A DNA stretch of 64,000 nucleotides, from NCBI GenBank assembly GCA_048938855.1, contig JBHLLT010000001.1, forward strand, positions 1-64,000, written 5' to 3'. The position numbers and the translations under genes were made by a program. Source of the stretch: Promethearchaeota archaeon. Lineage in GTDB: Archaea; Asgardarchaeota; Lokiarchaeia; Sigyniarchaeales; SOKP01. Below, piece after piece: positions 27,555 to 37,858 of this stretch. The notes below the pieces were generated by a model that had not been told where the DNA came from, searched no databases, and worked only from the letters and a program-made list of their open reading frames with translations. Every line of letters starts with the position of its first letter. The first letter of the stretch is position 1.

Positions 27555-28517
27555 TTATGTCATTAATGATATTACTTCTTGATATGATGTATTGGGCATA
27601 GGTCCAAAAGTTTTTACTTTTAAAGCACCAACAGCATTAGCGAATTTCGCGATTCTTTCTAGTTTCCAATCCATTAAATATCCTACGATAAACGCACCTC
27701 CAAAACAATCTCCGGCTCCAGTAGGGTCTTTCTCAATAACTTTAAATCCATCGATTTTTAGTCCATTAATTTTATCTGGAGTAAAAATTGTACATCCTTT
27801 ATGACCTTGTTTTAATATTACTATTTTTGGTCCCATTTTTAGTAATTGCTGACATGCTCTTTCAGATCCCTTCATATTTGCTAGATTTTCAGCCTCTTTT
27901 CCACTTGGGAGTAAAATATCCGTTTTTTCTAAAATGGGTCTGCTGATATTTAATATAGTCTCTAAATCTAACATTTCTTCTCTAAGATTGGGATCAAAAG
28001 AGACTATAACATTTGGATTAATTTCTTTCGCGATTTTTATGGCTTTATAACATGCTTCTCGAGATTGTTTACTAACAGCAAGAGCACTTCCCATTATATG
28101 AATATTTTTTATATTCTGAAAATATTCTTCTTTAACATCGAATTCTGATGTTTCTCCAGCAGCTCCTTGAGCAAAAATAAATTTACGCGAACCACCAGAA
28201 TTATATTGGTTGAAAGCTATTCCTGTAGTTAATTCATTAGTAATTCTTATTTGAGAAGTATCGACACCATCACTATGTAATTTTTCTAGTATGCATTCTC
28301 CAAACTCATCATTTCCTATAACACCGATTAATCCAGTAGAAAGTTCAAATGGTTTCCCCATTCGAGCGGCTGAATCTATAAATATAGCAGGTGCCCCACT
28401 TGGAAAAGGGCCTCTATAAGTCCCACCAACCTCTCTATGCTTAGAATTTATTCTATCTCGCATTATTTCTACTAAGAGTTCTCCTAGAGAAATAATCTCA
28501 GGATACTTATTAGGCAT
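27555..28517 (-). CDS. PfkB-family sugar kinase
   Basis: GPFPSGAPAIF, FDPNLR, DPTGAGDCFGG, ANAVGA. Confidence 0.93.
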   Translation of the reverse strand: MPNKYPEIISLGELLVEIMRDRINSKHREVGGTYRGPFPSGAPAIFIDSAARMGKPFELSTGLIGVIGNDEFGECILEKLHSDGVDTSQIRITNELTTGIAFNQYNSGGSRKFIFAQGAAGETSEFDVKEEYFQNIKNIHIMGSALAVSKQSREACYKAIKIAKEINPNVIVSFDPNLREEMLDLETILNISRPILEKTDILLPSGKEAENLANMKGSERACQQLLKMGPKIVILKQGHKGCTIFTPDKINGLKIDGFKVIEKDPTGAGDCFGGAFIVGYLMDWKLERIAKFANAVGALKVKTFGPMPNTSYQEVISLMT

Positions 28518-28616
28518 AATTGAATTTTCTTTTTTTTAAAATAATAATTATAAAATAATTCGGAATGGAAAAAAATAGTTTCTAAAAGATTTCTAATAAA
28601 AGAATTAGACGGAGAA

Positions 28617-29522
28617 TTATTTTAAAAATTTCTTTTTAAATGATTCTATAGTGCTTGATATTTCATTAATATGAATTTTTAATTCCTTTGGATGGACTTC
28701 TTTTAATTTATCTACATTTTCTATTATATTTTTCAATTCGTCAATCCAAATATTCATAAGAATTTCTTTCTCTTTATTTTTGCAGGCAAGTTTTATTTCA
28801 TCATCAATCCATTCTTTTGCGCTATCTTTTATTTGTTTTTTAAGCACATCTATTGTTATTTTAACTAAATCTTGCTCACTTTTTAGGCTCTCTAACATCG
28901 GTTCTAGATTAGTTTTAAACTCTGTATTCTCATCATTATATTTTTTAATCATATCTCTGAGAACATCTACTTTTGTATCAATTTCTTCCTTAAAATTACT
29001 TAATTTAGTAGAAAAATTTTCACTCATAGTTATTATTTTTTCATTTAAAGATTTATTTTGAGTTAGTAGATTATCAACTTGCCTATCCAATTTTTGATCA
29101 ATAGTTTTGAATTTATTTTCCAGCTCAATGTTGAGTGTCTTAAAATTATCTTCTAATTTCATGGAAATATCAGAAAATTTTTCTCTCAATTCTTTTTCGA
29201 ACATATTTGCTAAATCTTCTATGTTTTTACTTGTCGATACTTCCTGCTTATTAATATCGTGTGTTTGTTGTGCGAATAGATCATTTGTATTCTGTTCTAA
29301 TTTATCAATTTGCTCATTATATTTCTTTTCTAGATTATTAACCATTTCATCTAGATTATGATCAAGTTTATCTAAACGTTCAGACAATTTTTTTTCCAGA
29401 TCATTTACTTGATTACTAGATTTTTGTTCAAACTTTTTTAACTGTTCATTAATCTTATTTTCTAACTTAGTGACTTGTTCTTTTAATCTCTGGAATTCCT
29501 TTAAGGTTATTTCTTCAGACAA
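28617..29522 (-). CDS. Coiled-coil protein
   Basis: Continuous amphipathic helical repeats; no TM; immediately downstream of the GTPase gene. Confidence 0.75.
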   Translation of the reverse strand: MSEEITLKEFQRLKEQVTKLENKINEQLKKFEQKSSNQVNDLEKKLSERLDKLDHNLDEMVNNLEKKYNEQIDKLEQNTNDLFAQQTHDINKQEVSTSKNIEDLANMFEKELREKFSDISMKLEDNFKTLNIELENKFKTIDQKLDRQVDNLLTQNKSLNEKIITMSENFSTKLSNFKEEIDTKVDVLRDMIKKYNDENTEFKTNLEPMLESLKSEQDLVKITIDVLKKQIKDSAKEWIDDEIKLACKNKEKEILMNIWIDELKNIIENVDKLKEVHPKELKIHINEISSTIESFKKKFLK

Positions 29523-29594
29523 TTTTTTTCAACTTTTATTTATTTTATTTATCTTTTAATTAAATACGATTTATTTTTTAACCAAAAAATGTTT

Positions 29595-30599
29595 CTAATT
29601 ATTTTGTACCTTTTCTTCTTTAGTTTTTGAAATTATTTTTACTAATTCGAACTCTTCCCTATTTAATTTTTCTATATAGTCAATATTTTGTTCAAAATCT
29701 TTTTTAGCGTTAATTAATAGTTCTTTTAAGCTATTAATTAAACTTTCAGGTGACTTAGAATGCGTTTTTTTGATATGGTTTATTGTTTTTTCAAGTTCAG
29801 ATAAATTAATTAAAAATTGATCCATTATATTGATTTTATGATTCGAATTCTTTTCTAACTCTTGTTTAAGGAAGTCAAAATATTTCAATTCTTTAATTTC
29901 TTTATCTTCACCTTCTTTTTCTTTTATCTTTGGTTTTATCTTTGGTTTTTTTAACACTGAATCTAAATTATTTAAATTTCCTAATCCACTTTTTAAACGA
30001 GATTCCTTTTTATTTATTAAATTTAGGAATGCTGTTGCTGTATTTTCCTTTACAAAATTAGGAAAAAAAACTTCTGCTTTTTTTAAAAACGTATGTATTA
30101 GCAATTCTAAACATTCTGAAATATTTTCACCTGTCTTTGCTGATACAAATACAACATTGTCATTTTTGGATAAAAAATTATTCAAATTTGATTTAACCTG
30201 TCTCTCATTTGTAAAGATATCCAATTTGTTACCAATAAATAACCTTAAAATATCTTCAGATAGGCTATTTACACGTTCTAAAAACTCTTCCTTTAGAAGT
30301 TTTAGCGTTTCTTTTGGTTTTGTTAGATCAAAAACTAGAAGACAGATATCGATATTTTTATATAATACTGGATTAAATGGATTAAATAATCTTTGGCCTC
30401 CCGCATCCCATATTGAAACTAATACTCTTATTATATTACCATTATTCTCCATTACATATTCTTTTTTAGTAGTTTCACTACCTATTGTGGGTAGATACTG
30501 TTCAGAAAATGGTTTCCCCATAAAGGCGTTGATTATTGAAGTTTTACCAACTTCTCCTCCTCCAAGAACAACCAATTTTATATTTATGGTATTGTCCAA
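29595..30599 (-). CDS. Rab/Ras-like small GTPase with a C-terminal helical extension of about 160 aa
   Basis: G1 GGGEVGKTS, G2 PTIG, G3 WDAGGQ, G4 NKLD, G5 SAK. Confidence 0.92.
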   Translation of the reverse strand: MDNTINIKLVVLGGGEVGKTSIINAFMGKPFSEQYLPTIGSETTKKEYVMENNGNIIRVLVSIWDAGGQRLFNPFNPVLYKNIDICLLVFDLTKPKETLKLLKEEFLERVNSLSEDILRLFIGNKLDIFTNERQVKSNLNNFLSKNDNVVFVSAKTGENISECLELLIHTFLKKAEVFFPNFVKENTATAFLNLINKKESRLKSGLGNLNNLDSVLKKPKIKPKIKEKEGEDKEIKELKYFDFLKQELEKNSNHKINIMDQFLINLSELEKTINHIKKTHSKSPESLINSLKELLINAKKDFEQNIDYIEKLNREEFELVKIISKTKEEKVQNN

Positions 30600-30916
30600 T
30601 TTGTAAATCGCCTAGGAAAAATAGTTAGACTCTTGATTTGAAAATTTTCTGGCGTAAAGAGCCTTTATTTAGTATAACTTAATTTATTAAAACAAAAAAG
30701 GAACTTATATTTAAATATATTTAGAAAAATACTTCTTTATACTTCAAAGCTATTAATCTTACTCAAAAATTAAATAAATTTCCTTTGATAAAATGATGTT
30801 AGCTCTTATTAATTGCTTTTAAATTTATAAAAAATTTATATTACTTTCTGATTTTTCACTATTAATATTATCATATTATTAAAATTATCAAAAATAGTTG
30901 AAATTGGTATAAGAAA

Positions 30917-31954
30917 ATGGGATTAAAAACTAATATTACTGAGATGTTTGGAATTAAGCATCCAATAATTGCAGCACCTATGGGCCCTTTTTATACAAAA
31001 GAATTAACGGTGGCTGTTTCAGAAGCTGGAGGATTAGGAGTATTAAGTCATACAAACTTATTTGGAAAAAATAGTTTGGAAGTAATGAAATCGAATATGG
31101 AATATGTGGTAGAACACACCGATAAGCCTTTTGGGTTTAATATAAGAACATCTAGATTACAATTGGATGCACCAGGACTCTGTCGAGGGATTTCACGATT
31201 TATAATGGATAATCCAAAAATAAAAGAGCAATGTGTTTATGCTGTAACTAGTGCAGGATCTCCGAAGACATTACCAAAAGCTAAAACTTATCAAAAACTT
31301 AAGGAATCTGGATCAAACATAAAACATTTTCATGTAGCGCCAGCATTATGGCTTGCTGATAAATGTGTGGCTTATGGTGTTGATGGTATGGTTGTTACTG
31401 GTTGGGAAGGGGGAGGTCATCAAAGTTATGAAAAAATCAGTACTTTGGTCTTATTACAACAAGTTACAAAAAAATATTCAGAAACCCCAATAATTGCATG
31501 TGGTGGATTTTCAAGTGGAGAAGGATTAGCCTCAGCTATAGCTATGGGTGCAGGAGCCATTGCGATGGGATCAAGATTTATTGCTTCAAAGGAAAGTGAA
31601 TTCCATGATAAATACAAAAATGTAGTTCCTTCTGCAAAGGCGGATGATACAATATGGGTTACTGGAGTTCTTGGCCCAATCCGTCTTTGGAAAAATAAGT
31701 ATTCCTTAAACCACGGAGTTGTATCAAGTAAAGAGGAGAAGATGGCCTTGGAAGCTCAAATAACTCCAGAAATCGTTATGGAAGATCAGAAACATTATGA
31801 AATGACCTATGATGGTAATGTTGAAGATGGTGCTGTACTTTTGGGTCAAAGTATTGGCTTAATCAATTCTATTGATGCTGTTCAAGACATAATTAATAAT
31901 ATTGTCAAAGATGCAGAAAGAAGGCTAAAAGAAGCATATCTCTGTATTGTATAA
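30917..31954 (+). CDS. Nitronate monooxygenase / FabK-like flavin oxidoreductase
   Basis: HPIIAAPM, VSEAGGLG, GWEGGGH, PIIACGG, MGSRF, GQSIG. Confidence 0.9.
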   Translation: MGLKTNITEMFGIKHPIIAAPMGPFYTKELTVAVSEAGGLGVLSHTNLFGKNSLEVMKSNMEYVVEHTDKPFGFNIRTSRLQLDAPGLCRGISRFIMDNPKIKEQCVYAVTSAGSPKTLPKAKTYQKLKESGSNIKHFHVAPALWLADKCVAYGVDGMVVTGWEGGGHQSYEKISTLVLLQQVTKKYSETPIIACGGFSSGEGLASAIAMGAGAIAMGSRFIASKESEFHDKYKNVVPSAKADDTIWVTGVLGPIRLWKNKYSLNHGVVSSKEEKMALEAQITPEIVMEDQKHYEMTYDGNVEDGAVLLGQSIGLINSIDAVQDIINNIVKDAERRLKEAYLCIV

Positions 31955-32020
31955 ATTTATGCAATACTTAAATTATTTTTTGTCTTATTTTATTATATTT
32001 TAGATTTAAAGGTGTGTATT

Positions 32021-32221
32021 ATGAGCAATTATGATGAGGAAGATTATGTATACTGTGAAAATTGCGAGGAAGAGATACTTCAAGAGGATGCAATTTATGT
32101 AGGTGGAAAACCTTATTGCAAAAAGTGTTATCGTGAAGCTGAAGAGTCTGAGCTTATTGAAGATGCTGAAGATTTTGAGGATGAAGATGAAGATGATTAT
32201 GATCAAGACGACTTTGATTAA
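32021..32221 (+). CDS. Small zinc-finger protein (LIM-like finger) with an acidic tail
   Basis: CENC...GGKPYCKKCY followed by an E/D-rich tail; ATG at 32021 after GGTGTG. Confidence 0.7.
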   Translation: MSNYDEEDYVYCENCEEEILQEDAIYVGGKPYCKKCYREAEESELIEDAEDFEDEDEDDYDQDDFD

Positions 32222-32265
32222 ATATTATTGAAAAATTAAGAAAAAACTCCAATGATATTATAAAA

Positions 32266-32742
32266 ATGTCAGACACTAGGCAAGAAATTGAACCATATGA
32301 CTATATTGAACATTTTAAGAGAAACACAGCGTTACTAGTCTCAATGGATAAAATTGGAAAACTTAATGTTATGGCATTAGACTGGAAAACAATAGAAAAT
32401 TTTGAGGGTAATCCTGTAATTAGAGCACAAGTTGCTTATAGTCGATATACATACAAACTATTAACTGAAGGAGTCAATGAGTTTACGATAAATATACCTT
32501 CAGATAAAATCTCTCATGCTGTAGACATATCAGGCTCTTATTCTGGAAGAAATATAGATAAATTTAAAGAAGCAGGAATAGAAATCATTCCTGGAAATAA
32601 ATCACAAGTACCTACCATAAAAGACTCTGATTTAAGCTATGAATGTAAAATTGTTCATACAAGCAAATCAAATATAAGTAGTCATCATTATTTTTATGGG
32701 AAGATACTAGCTGCGTATGCTTCAAATAATATAAGGAAGTAA
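32266..32742 (+). CDS. Flavin reductase-like protein
   Basis: NVMALDW, RYTY, EFTINIP, GSYSGRNIDKF, YECKI. Confidence 0.88.
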   Translation: MSDTRQEIEPYDYIEHFKRNTALLVSMDKIGKLNVMALDWKTIENFEGNPVIRAQVAYSRYTYKLLTEGVNEFTINIPSDKISHAVDISGSYSGRNIDKFKEAGIEIIPGNKSQVPTIKDSDLSYECKIVHTSKSNISSHHYFYGKILAAYASNNIRK

Positions 32743-32855
32743 TTTTTTTATCTATTTAATTCAAAACCAATCATCGGAGTTTTTCATAAATTAATTTTAT
32801 AAAGTCTAAAATATTCAAAAAATTAGAGTTTAATAATTGAAGGCGGTAAAAAACT

Positions 32856-33440
32856 TTGAAAAATGAACAACCAACATTATCAGATAATTATAAAGGGCGT
32901 CTTACACCTAGATTAATTATATCCTTATCATTAATAGGAGTATTTTCTGCGCTTATTTGCGTATTAACTATGGTAATTTCAATTCCAATTCCTGCTACTC
33001 AAGGTTTCATTAATATTGGAGATGCAGGAGTAATGATTTGTGGTTTATTATTCGGTCCTATAATAGGTAGTTTTTCTGGAGGTATCGGTTCAGCTTTAGC
33101 AGATATTTTTTTAGGCTATACAATATATGCCCCTGGAACATTAATAATTAAAGGTTTAGAAGGCTTTTTAGTGGGATTTATAGCAAATCCCAAAAAATAT
33201 TATGAAAAAATAAATTATCGAGACATCTTAGCTGTTATAGCTGGTGGTGTTTTAATGGCCATCGGATATTTTCTTTATGAAATTATCATTTACGGGATAG
33301 CTGCAGCATCATATGAATTAATTCTGAATGGTATAATTCAATTTGGTTTAGGGGGATTGATAGCGCTTACATTTATTGCAGCAGCACGCAAACCTATAGT
33401 AAATAACTTACCACAAGTTTTTGATAAAGTTTTCAAATAA
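32856..33440 (+). CDS. ECF transporter S component
   Basis: IPIPATQGFINIGD, GGIGSALADIFLGY, TLIIKGLEG. Confidence 0.92.
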   Translation: MKNEQPTLSDNYKGRLTPRLIISLSLIGVFSALICVLTMVISIPIPATQGFINIGDAGVMICGLLFGPIIGSFSGGIGSALADIFLGYTIYAPGTLIIKGLEGFLVGFIANPKKYYEKINYRDILAVIAGGVLMAIGYFLYEIIIYGIAAASYELILNGIIQFGLGGLIALTFIAAARKPIVNNLPQVFDKVFK

Positions 33441-33483
33441 GAATAGAATTAAACTGATACAATATTCTTTTTAAGAAATATTT

Positions 33484-33639
33484 TCAATCAGATTTACAAT
33501 ATTCGCATATCAATTCTTCATAATCTTCCCAATCGTCTCGGTAAATCTTAATTTTACCTGTATCATTACAAAATTTACAATTGTAGTCTGCACTTAGGAA
33601 AATTTCTTTTTTGACTATATTAATCATATTTCTATCCAT
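33484..33639 (-). CDS. Small zinc-finger protein (51 aa)
   Basis: Not in the track: MDRNMINIVKKEIFLSADYNCKFCNDTGKIKIYRDDWEDYEELICEYCKSD*; two CxxC motifs. Confidence 0.6.
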   Translation of the reverse strand: MDRNMINIVKKEIFLSADYNCKFCNDTGKIKIYRDDWEDYEELICEYCKSD

Positions 33640-33800
33640 ACTCTAACTCAATTAAATAAAAATTTCCAATAAAGAAGTAAAATCCAGTTATTTATAACTT
33701 TATGTTTGGAAAAGAAATCTGTTAAAATATTGTGAGAGATTTAAAAGGAAAATAATAATACACTGTGTAATAATTTATCAGAAAATAAAGAAAAAGAGAC

Positions 33801-34760
33801 TTAGAAATTAGAATATACCATAAATTTATCTCCAGACCCCAAACTGTAAAGTTCGAATTTGCTACCGCGCTTAGTTTCACAGAACATTTGAATCATTGGG
33901 AATAAGTAGATTTGAGAAGTAATTTGTGAATCTTTATCTTTACTATAACTTCTATAATCATTACTTGCAGCTCCAATCGTCTTTTTAATATTTTTATTCC
34001 AATATCCTAATGAGGGTTCCGCTTTAGATTCTAAATCTTTAAAATCGCTAAATTTAATACCCTCAACTTCTTCAATCATCTTATGGAGATCTTCTCCAAT
34101 TTCTTTCTCATACTTTGTTTGAGCACTTGAATGAAGAATAGGTACACCTGTAACAACTGTTTGAAAAGGTACAGGAAGGTCTTCATACTTGTACAGATTT
34201 TTATACCCTCCACATTCTTTACATGGTTCAATTCTGTTTCCAGTACCATAACAAGCACCGCATGGATAAGAAAATACTTTTTTTTCTTTATTCTGCTCTT
34301 GATCAACTAATATAATGAGATTTTCTTCAATTTTACCAGTACCTTTGCACGTTTTGCACTTATTTTCCATATATCCTTTACCTCTACAATTTTTGCAAGG
34401 GACTGCTTGTAATGACTCATATTGAGGGACAATCTCATCTCCCTTCCATTCATCTTTATTTATCTTTCCTACTCCTTTAAATGAATAGAATTGAACTCTT
34501 CCTACTTTAGGGGCAGTTATAGTAGATTCTTCTTTTCCTTTTGGAGCAGGACCGAGGGATTTTTTAACAGCAAAATAAATTGCTGCTTCTTTATTAGTAT
34601 CTTTTACATATTCAGCTGCACTAATAGCATCTAATGTAAAAACCGCTCCTTTTGTGCCAAATTGTTTTTCCATCTTTTTACGATCTGTTCTAGCCGCTTT
34701 TTGTTTCCATTTCTCAAAAATATCGTCTAAATTTGGTGTTTTTATTCTGACATCAGGCAA
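33801..34760 (-). CDS. Protein with four DnaJ-type CxxCxGxG zinc-finger motifs and no J-domain (SSUH2-like layout)
   Basis: CKNCRGKG, CKTCKGTG, CGACYGTG, CKECGGYK; no HPD motif. Confidence 0.75.
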   Translation of the reverse strand: MPDVRIKTPNLDDIFEKWKQKAARTDRKKMEKQFGTKGAVFTLDAISAAEYVKDTNKEAAIYFAVKKSLGPAPKGKEESTITAPKVGRVQFYSFKGVGKINKDEWKGDEIVPQYESLQAVPCKNCRGKGYMENKCKTCKGTGKIEENLIILVDQEQNKEKKVFSYPCGACYGTGNRIEPCKECGGYKNLYKYEDLPVPFQTVVTGVPILHSSAQTKYEKEIGEDLHKMIEEVEGIKFSDFKDLESKAEPSLGYWNKNIKKTIGAASNDYRSYSKDKDSQITSQIYLFPMIQMFCETKRGSKFELYSLGSGDKFMVYSNF

Positions 34761-34906
34761 AATTATTCACTTTATTTTTTTAAAAATTTCATTAAGTTTA
34801 TTTAATAGATTTAGAATTATAAAAATATAAAATAGAATAATTTATAATCTTTATATACAAGAAAATTAAAAATAAATACAAAAATAACAAAAAAGTAGAA
34901 TATAAT

Positions 34907-35068
34907 ATGTCTGCTGAAGAACGTCAGTCTGTTGAATATTTCTTACAATGGATACAACAAGGGGGATTGTCAGATTGGATTACCCATTTTATAAATCAAG
35001 GCGATGAAACAAAACTTAGACAAATTAAGGAAGTTTATGATAAAATAAAGCGCGTTTTTGGTTTTTAA
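34907..35068 (+). CDS. Small hypothetical protein (53 aa)
   Basis: Not in the track: MSAEERQSVEYFLQWIQQGGLSDWITHFINQGDETKLRQIKEVYDKIKRVFGF*; locally higher GC, protein-like composition. Confidence 0.6.
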   Translation: MSAEERQSVEYFLQWIQQGGLSDWITHFINQGDETKLRQIKEVYDKIKRVFGF

Positions 35069-35191
35069 TTTCAAATTTATTTTTATTATCTAATCTTACA
35101 TCCAATTTTACTTATTTCCATTTCAAATTAGAAAATTTGATTTGGAATTTTTCATTTACATTATTTAGTTAAAACTTGAATGGTATCCTAA

Positions 35192-37858
35192 TTGAGTCTC
35201 CCTTTAAGAAATTTCTTTATTATTTTTGATAGAAATCGTGATCATAAGAAAGATTTGATATTTAACGTTAACTTCTTTTATCTAAAATCATTTAAGAAGA
35301 AGAAATTTACATTTACATATGTAAAAGAACCATTTTTTAAGGGGAGCGTAATTTTAGGATCAGATTTCAAAAATAAAATTCGTCCTCTAAGTTTTAATAA
35401 AACTGAAAAAGATGGACATCAACAGCCAATTAATCCAAGATTGTTAAAAAAGTTTATATTATCTGATAAAAACAAATTTATTGCTTTTTCAAGTCAAACT
35501 CCTTCTCAAGATGTTTCATCAATTATGGAGATGCTAAGTAATTTTCAATATGACACATCTAAGATTATAAATTTAACCTTATGCAATTCTTGTATGGAAA
35601 AACATACATTTACATTAATAAATGAAAATTTTCAAATTAAATCTTATAAAGACCAAATTATTTGTTCAGAATGCGCATATGAGATTATATTGAATAGAAT
35701 TAAGCTTACAGGGCTTATTTCTCAGGAAAAGATTAGTCCTAAATTAAAGAATTTTTTAATGCATTTAATCCTCAAATTTAGAGATGTCAGAAAAGTTCTA
35801 GAAGCGTTTAAAGCAGATTTTGATCCTACAAAATCAAAGGATATCACTCTATATGACATTGAGAAAACTCCATCAATTAGTAAAAAATTTCTTAATCAAA
35901 AGATAAGTAGCTTAAGTATTCCAGTCAATTTTAAAGAGATATTAAAAAATTTAAAATTAATTAATCTATTACCCATTCAAGCAATTTCTATTGAAAAGGG
36001 TTTATTATCAGATCGTAGTAATCAATTGATTATGGCCCCTACGAGCGGAGGCAAGACTTTGGTAGGAGAATTAGCTGGAATCTCACATGTTTTAAAAGAT
36101 AAAGCTGCTAAAATGTTGTATTTAGTACCAATTGTAGCTTTAGCTAATATTAGGACAGAAGAATTTAAGGAGAAATATAAACCACTGAAGCTAAAAATCA
36201 TTAAAAAAGTTGGAGAATCATTATTTGAGAAAAAAGAAGATAAAAATAATAAAGAGTTAACGGATGCTCATATTATAATTGCCACATATGAAGCAATTGA
36301 TTTTATTTTAAGAAGTGGGAAAAGAGAACTTTTAGGAAATATTGGTACTATTATAATTGATGAAATTCAAACATTAATTGATCCTGAGAGAGGATTTATA
36401 CTAGATGGTTTAATAGCAAGATTAAAAACCCAATATAATTCTCAATTTCTATATTTAAGTGCTACATTAGGAGAACCCGAATTTTTAGCTAAAAGACTTA
36501 ACTGTAAATTGATAAAATATAATGATCGTCCTGTTCCAGTTGAACGTCATTTATTGCTTTCTTTAAGTGAAGCACAGAAACTTAAATTTATCTCATTATT
36601 AATGAAGAATGCTTATTCCACAAAATCTAAGTACGGATTTAAAGGTCAATCAATAGTTTTTACTAATACCCGAAAAAAGTGTGAATCAATTACATTTTAT
36701 TTACAACAACGTGGACTTAATGCTGCTGCTTATCATTCAGGTTTAACAAATGAAGAAAGAAAAATTATTGAAGAAGATTTTCAATCACAGAAACTAGTAG
36801 GAGTAGTAGCCACTGCAGCATTGGCAGCAGGTGTAGATCTTCCAGCTCGACAGGTAATTTTTGAATCTTTAGCAATGGGTATAAATTGGTTAACTGTTGC
36901 AGAATTTGAACAGATGCTAGGGCGTAGTGGTAGATTAAAAAAACATGAAAAAGGTTTAGCCTATCTCCTTGTTGAACCTGGAAAGATATATTCACCTAAA
37001 ATGAAGATTACTGAAGAAAATATCGCAATAAAACTTTTGAATGGAAAAATTAAAGATTATGAACTTATACCTGATATGGACAAGTCCCAAACTGAAATAT
37101 TAGCATTTATTTCAATGTTCAATCAAAGAATACCAAAGGATACCGTATATAGCTTTTATAATCTTTTAATAAATAATCATTTTGATTTGGAAGAAGTTCT
37201 AAAGAAATTAATTTCTCTTAATCTGATTCGCATAAAAGAAGATTTAACTATTAAAACAACACGAATAGGAAGAGCAATTGCAAATTCGTTTATTAGTGTT
37301 GATGGTAGTATTGAAATTATTAGGAAATTACAGAATAAGCTAGAGACACCTATGGAAATTGCCTTAAATTTAGAAACTCTCAGAAATGTATATTTATCTA
37401 AAAACATCGTTGCAGATTTATCTAAAAATGTTAATATGAAATATTTCTCAAATAATTTATTTAGCGCTAGTGTTTTATCGTTGATGAATGCAGAGTATGT
37501 AAAAAAGAGAAAATCATTTTCACGTGATTTTATTGATTTTATTATGAAGCTAACAGGCGAAGTATTCAATTGTAATTGTAAAGATAACCCGTATTGTGAA
37601 TGCGGTCGTTTAAACCTAGAAAAACTAATCCTAAATTTAAGAATAAATAGTAATATGACAATAGAAGAGATATCTAACTATTTGATGGAAGAATATAAAA
37701 TTATGATTTTTAAGGGAGATCTCATTGATTATTTAGAAAGTTTGATTTATAGTTTAGAAAGTATAAAAAATATAGCAGAAGGCATTTCCAATTTAGATGA
37801 AACATTCAACAAAGAAATAAAAGAGATACCTCACTTAATAGAGAGCATAAAATACTAA
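35192..37858 (+). CDS. Archaeal superfamily II DEAD/DEAH helicase (COG1202/DUF5814 type)
   Basis: APTSGGKT, DEIQ, LSAT, YHSGL, TAALAAGVDLPA, QMLGRSGR; C-terminal CNCKDNPYCECG. Confidence 0.92.
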   Translation: MSLPLRNFFIIFDRNRDHKKDLIFNVNFFYLKSFKKKKFTFTYVKEPFFKGSVILGSDFKNKIRPLSFNKTEKDGHQQPINPRLLKKFILSDKNKFIAFSSQTPSQDVSSIMEMLSNFQYDTSKIINLTLCNSCMEKHTFTLINENFQIKSYKDQIICSECAYEIILNRIKLTGLISQEKISPKLKNFLMHLILKFRDVRKVLEAFKADFDPTKSKDITLYDIEKTPSISKKFLNQKISSLSIPVNFKEILKNLKLINLLPIQAISIEKGLLSDRSNQLIMAPTSGGKTLVGELAGISHVLKDKAAKMLYLVPIVALANIRTEEFKEKYKPLKLKIIKKVGESLFEKKEDKNNKELTDAHIIIATYEAIDFILRSGKRELLGNIGTIIIDEIQTLIDPERGFILDGLIARLKTQYNSQFLYLSATLGEPEFLAKRLNCKLIKYNDRPVPVERHLLLSLSEAQKLKFISLLMKNAYSTKSKYGFKGQSIVFTNTRKKCESITFYLQQRGLNAAAYHSGLTNEERKIIEEDFQSQKLVGVVATAALAAGVDLPARQVIFESLAMGINWLTVAEFEQMLGRSGRLKKHEKGLAYLLVEPGKIYSPKMKITEENIAIKLLNGKIKDYELIPDMDKSQTEILAFISMFNQRIPKDTVYSFYNLLINNHFDLEEVLKKLISLNLIRIKEDLTIKTTRIGRAIANSFISVDGSIEIIRKLQNKLETPMEIALNLETLRNVYLSKNIVADLSKNVNMKYFSNNLFSASVLSLMNAEYVKKRKSFSRDFIDFIMKLTGEVFNCNCKDNPYCECGRLNLEKLILNLRINSNMTIEEISNYLMEEYKIMIFKGDLIDYLESLIYSLESIKNIAEGISNLDETFNKEIKEIPHLIESIKY

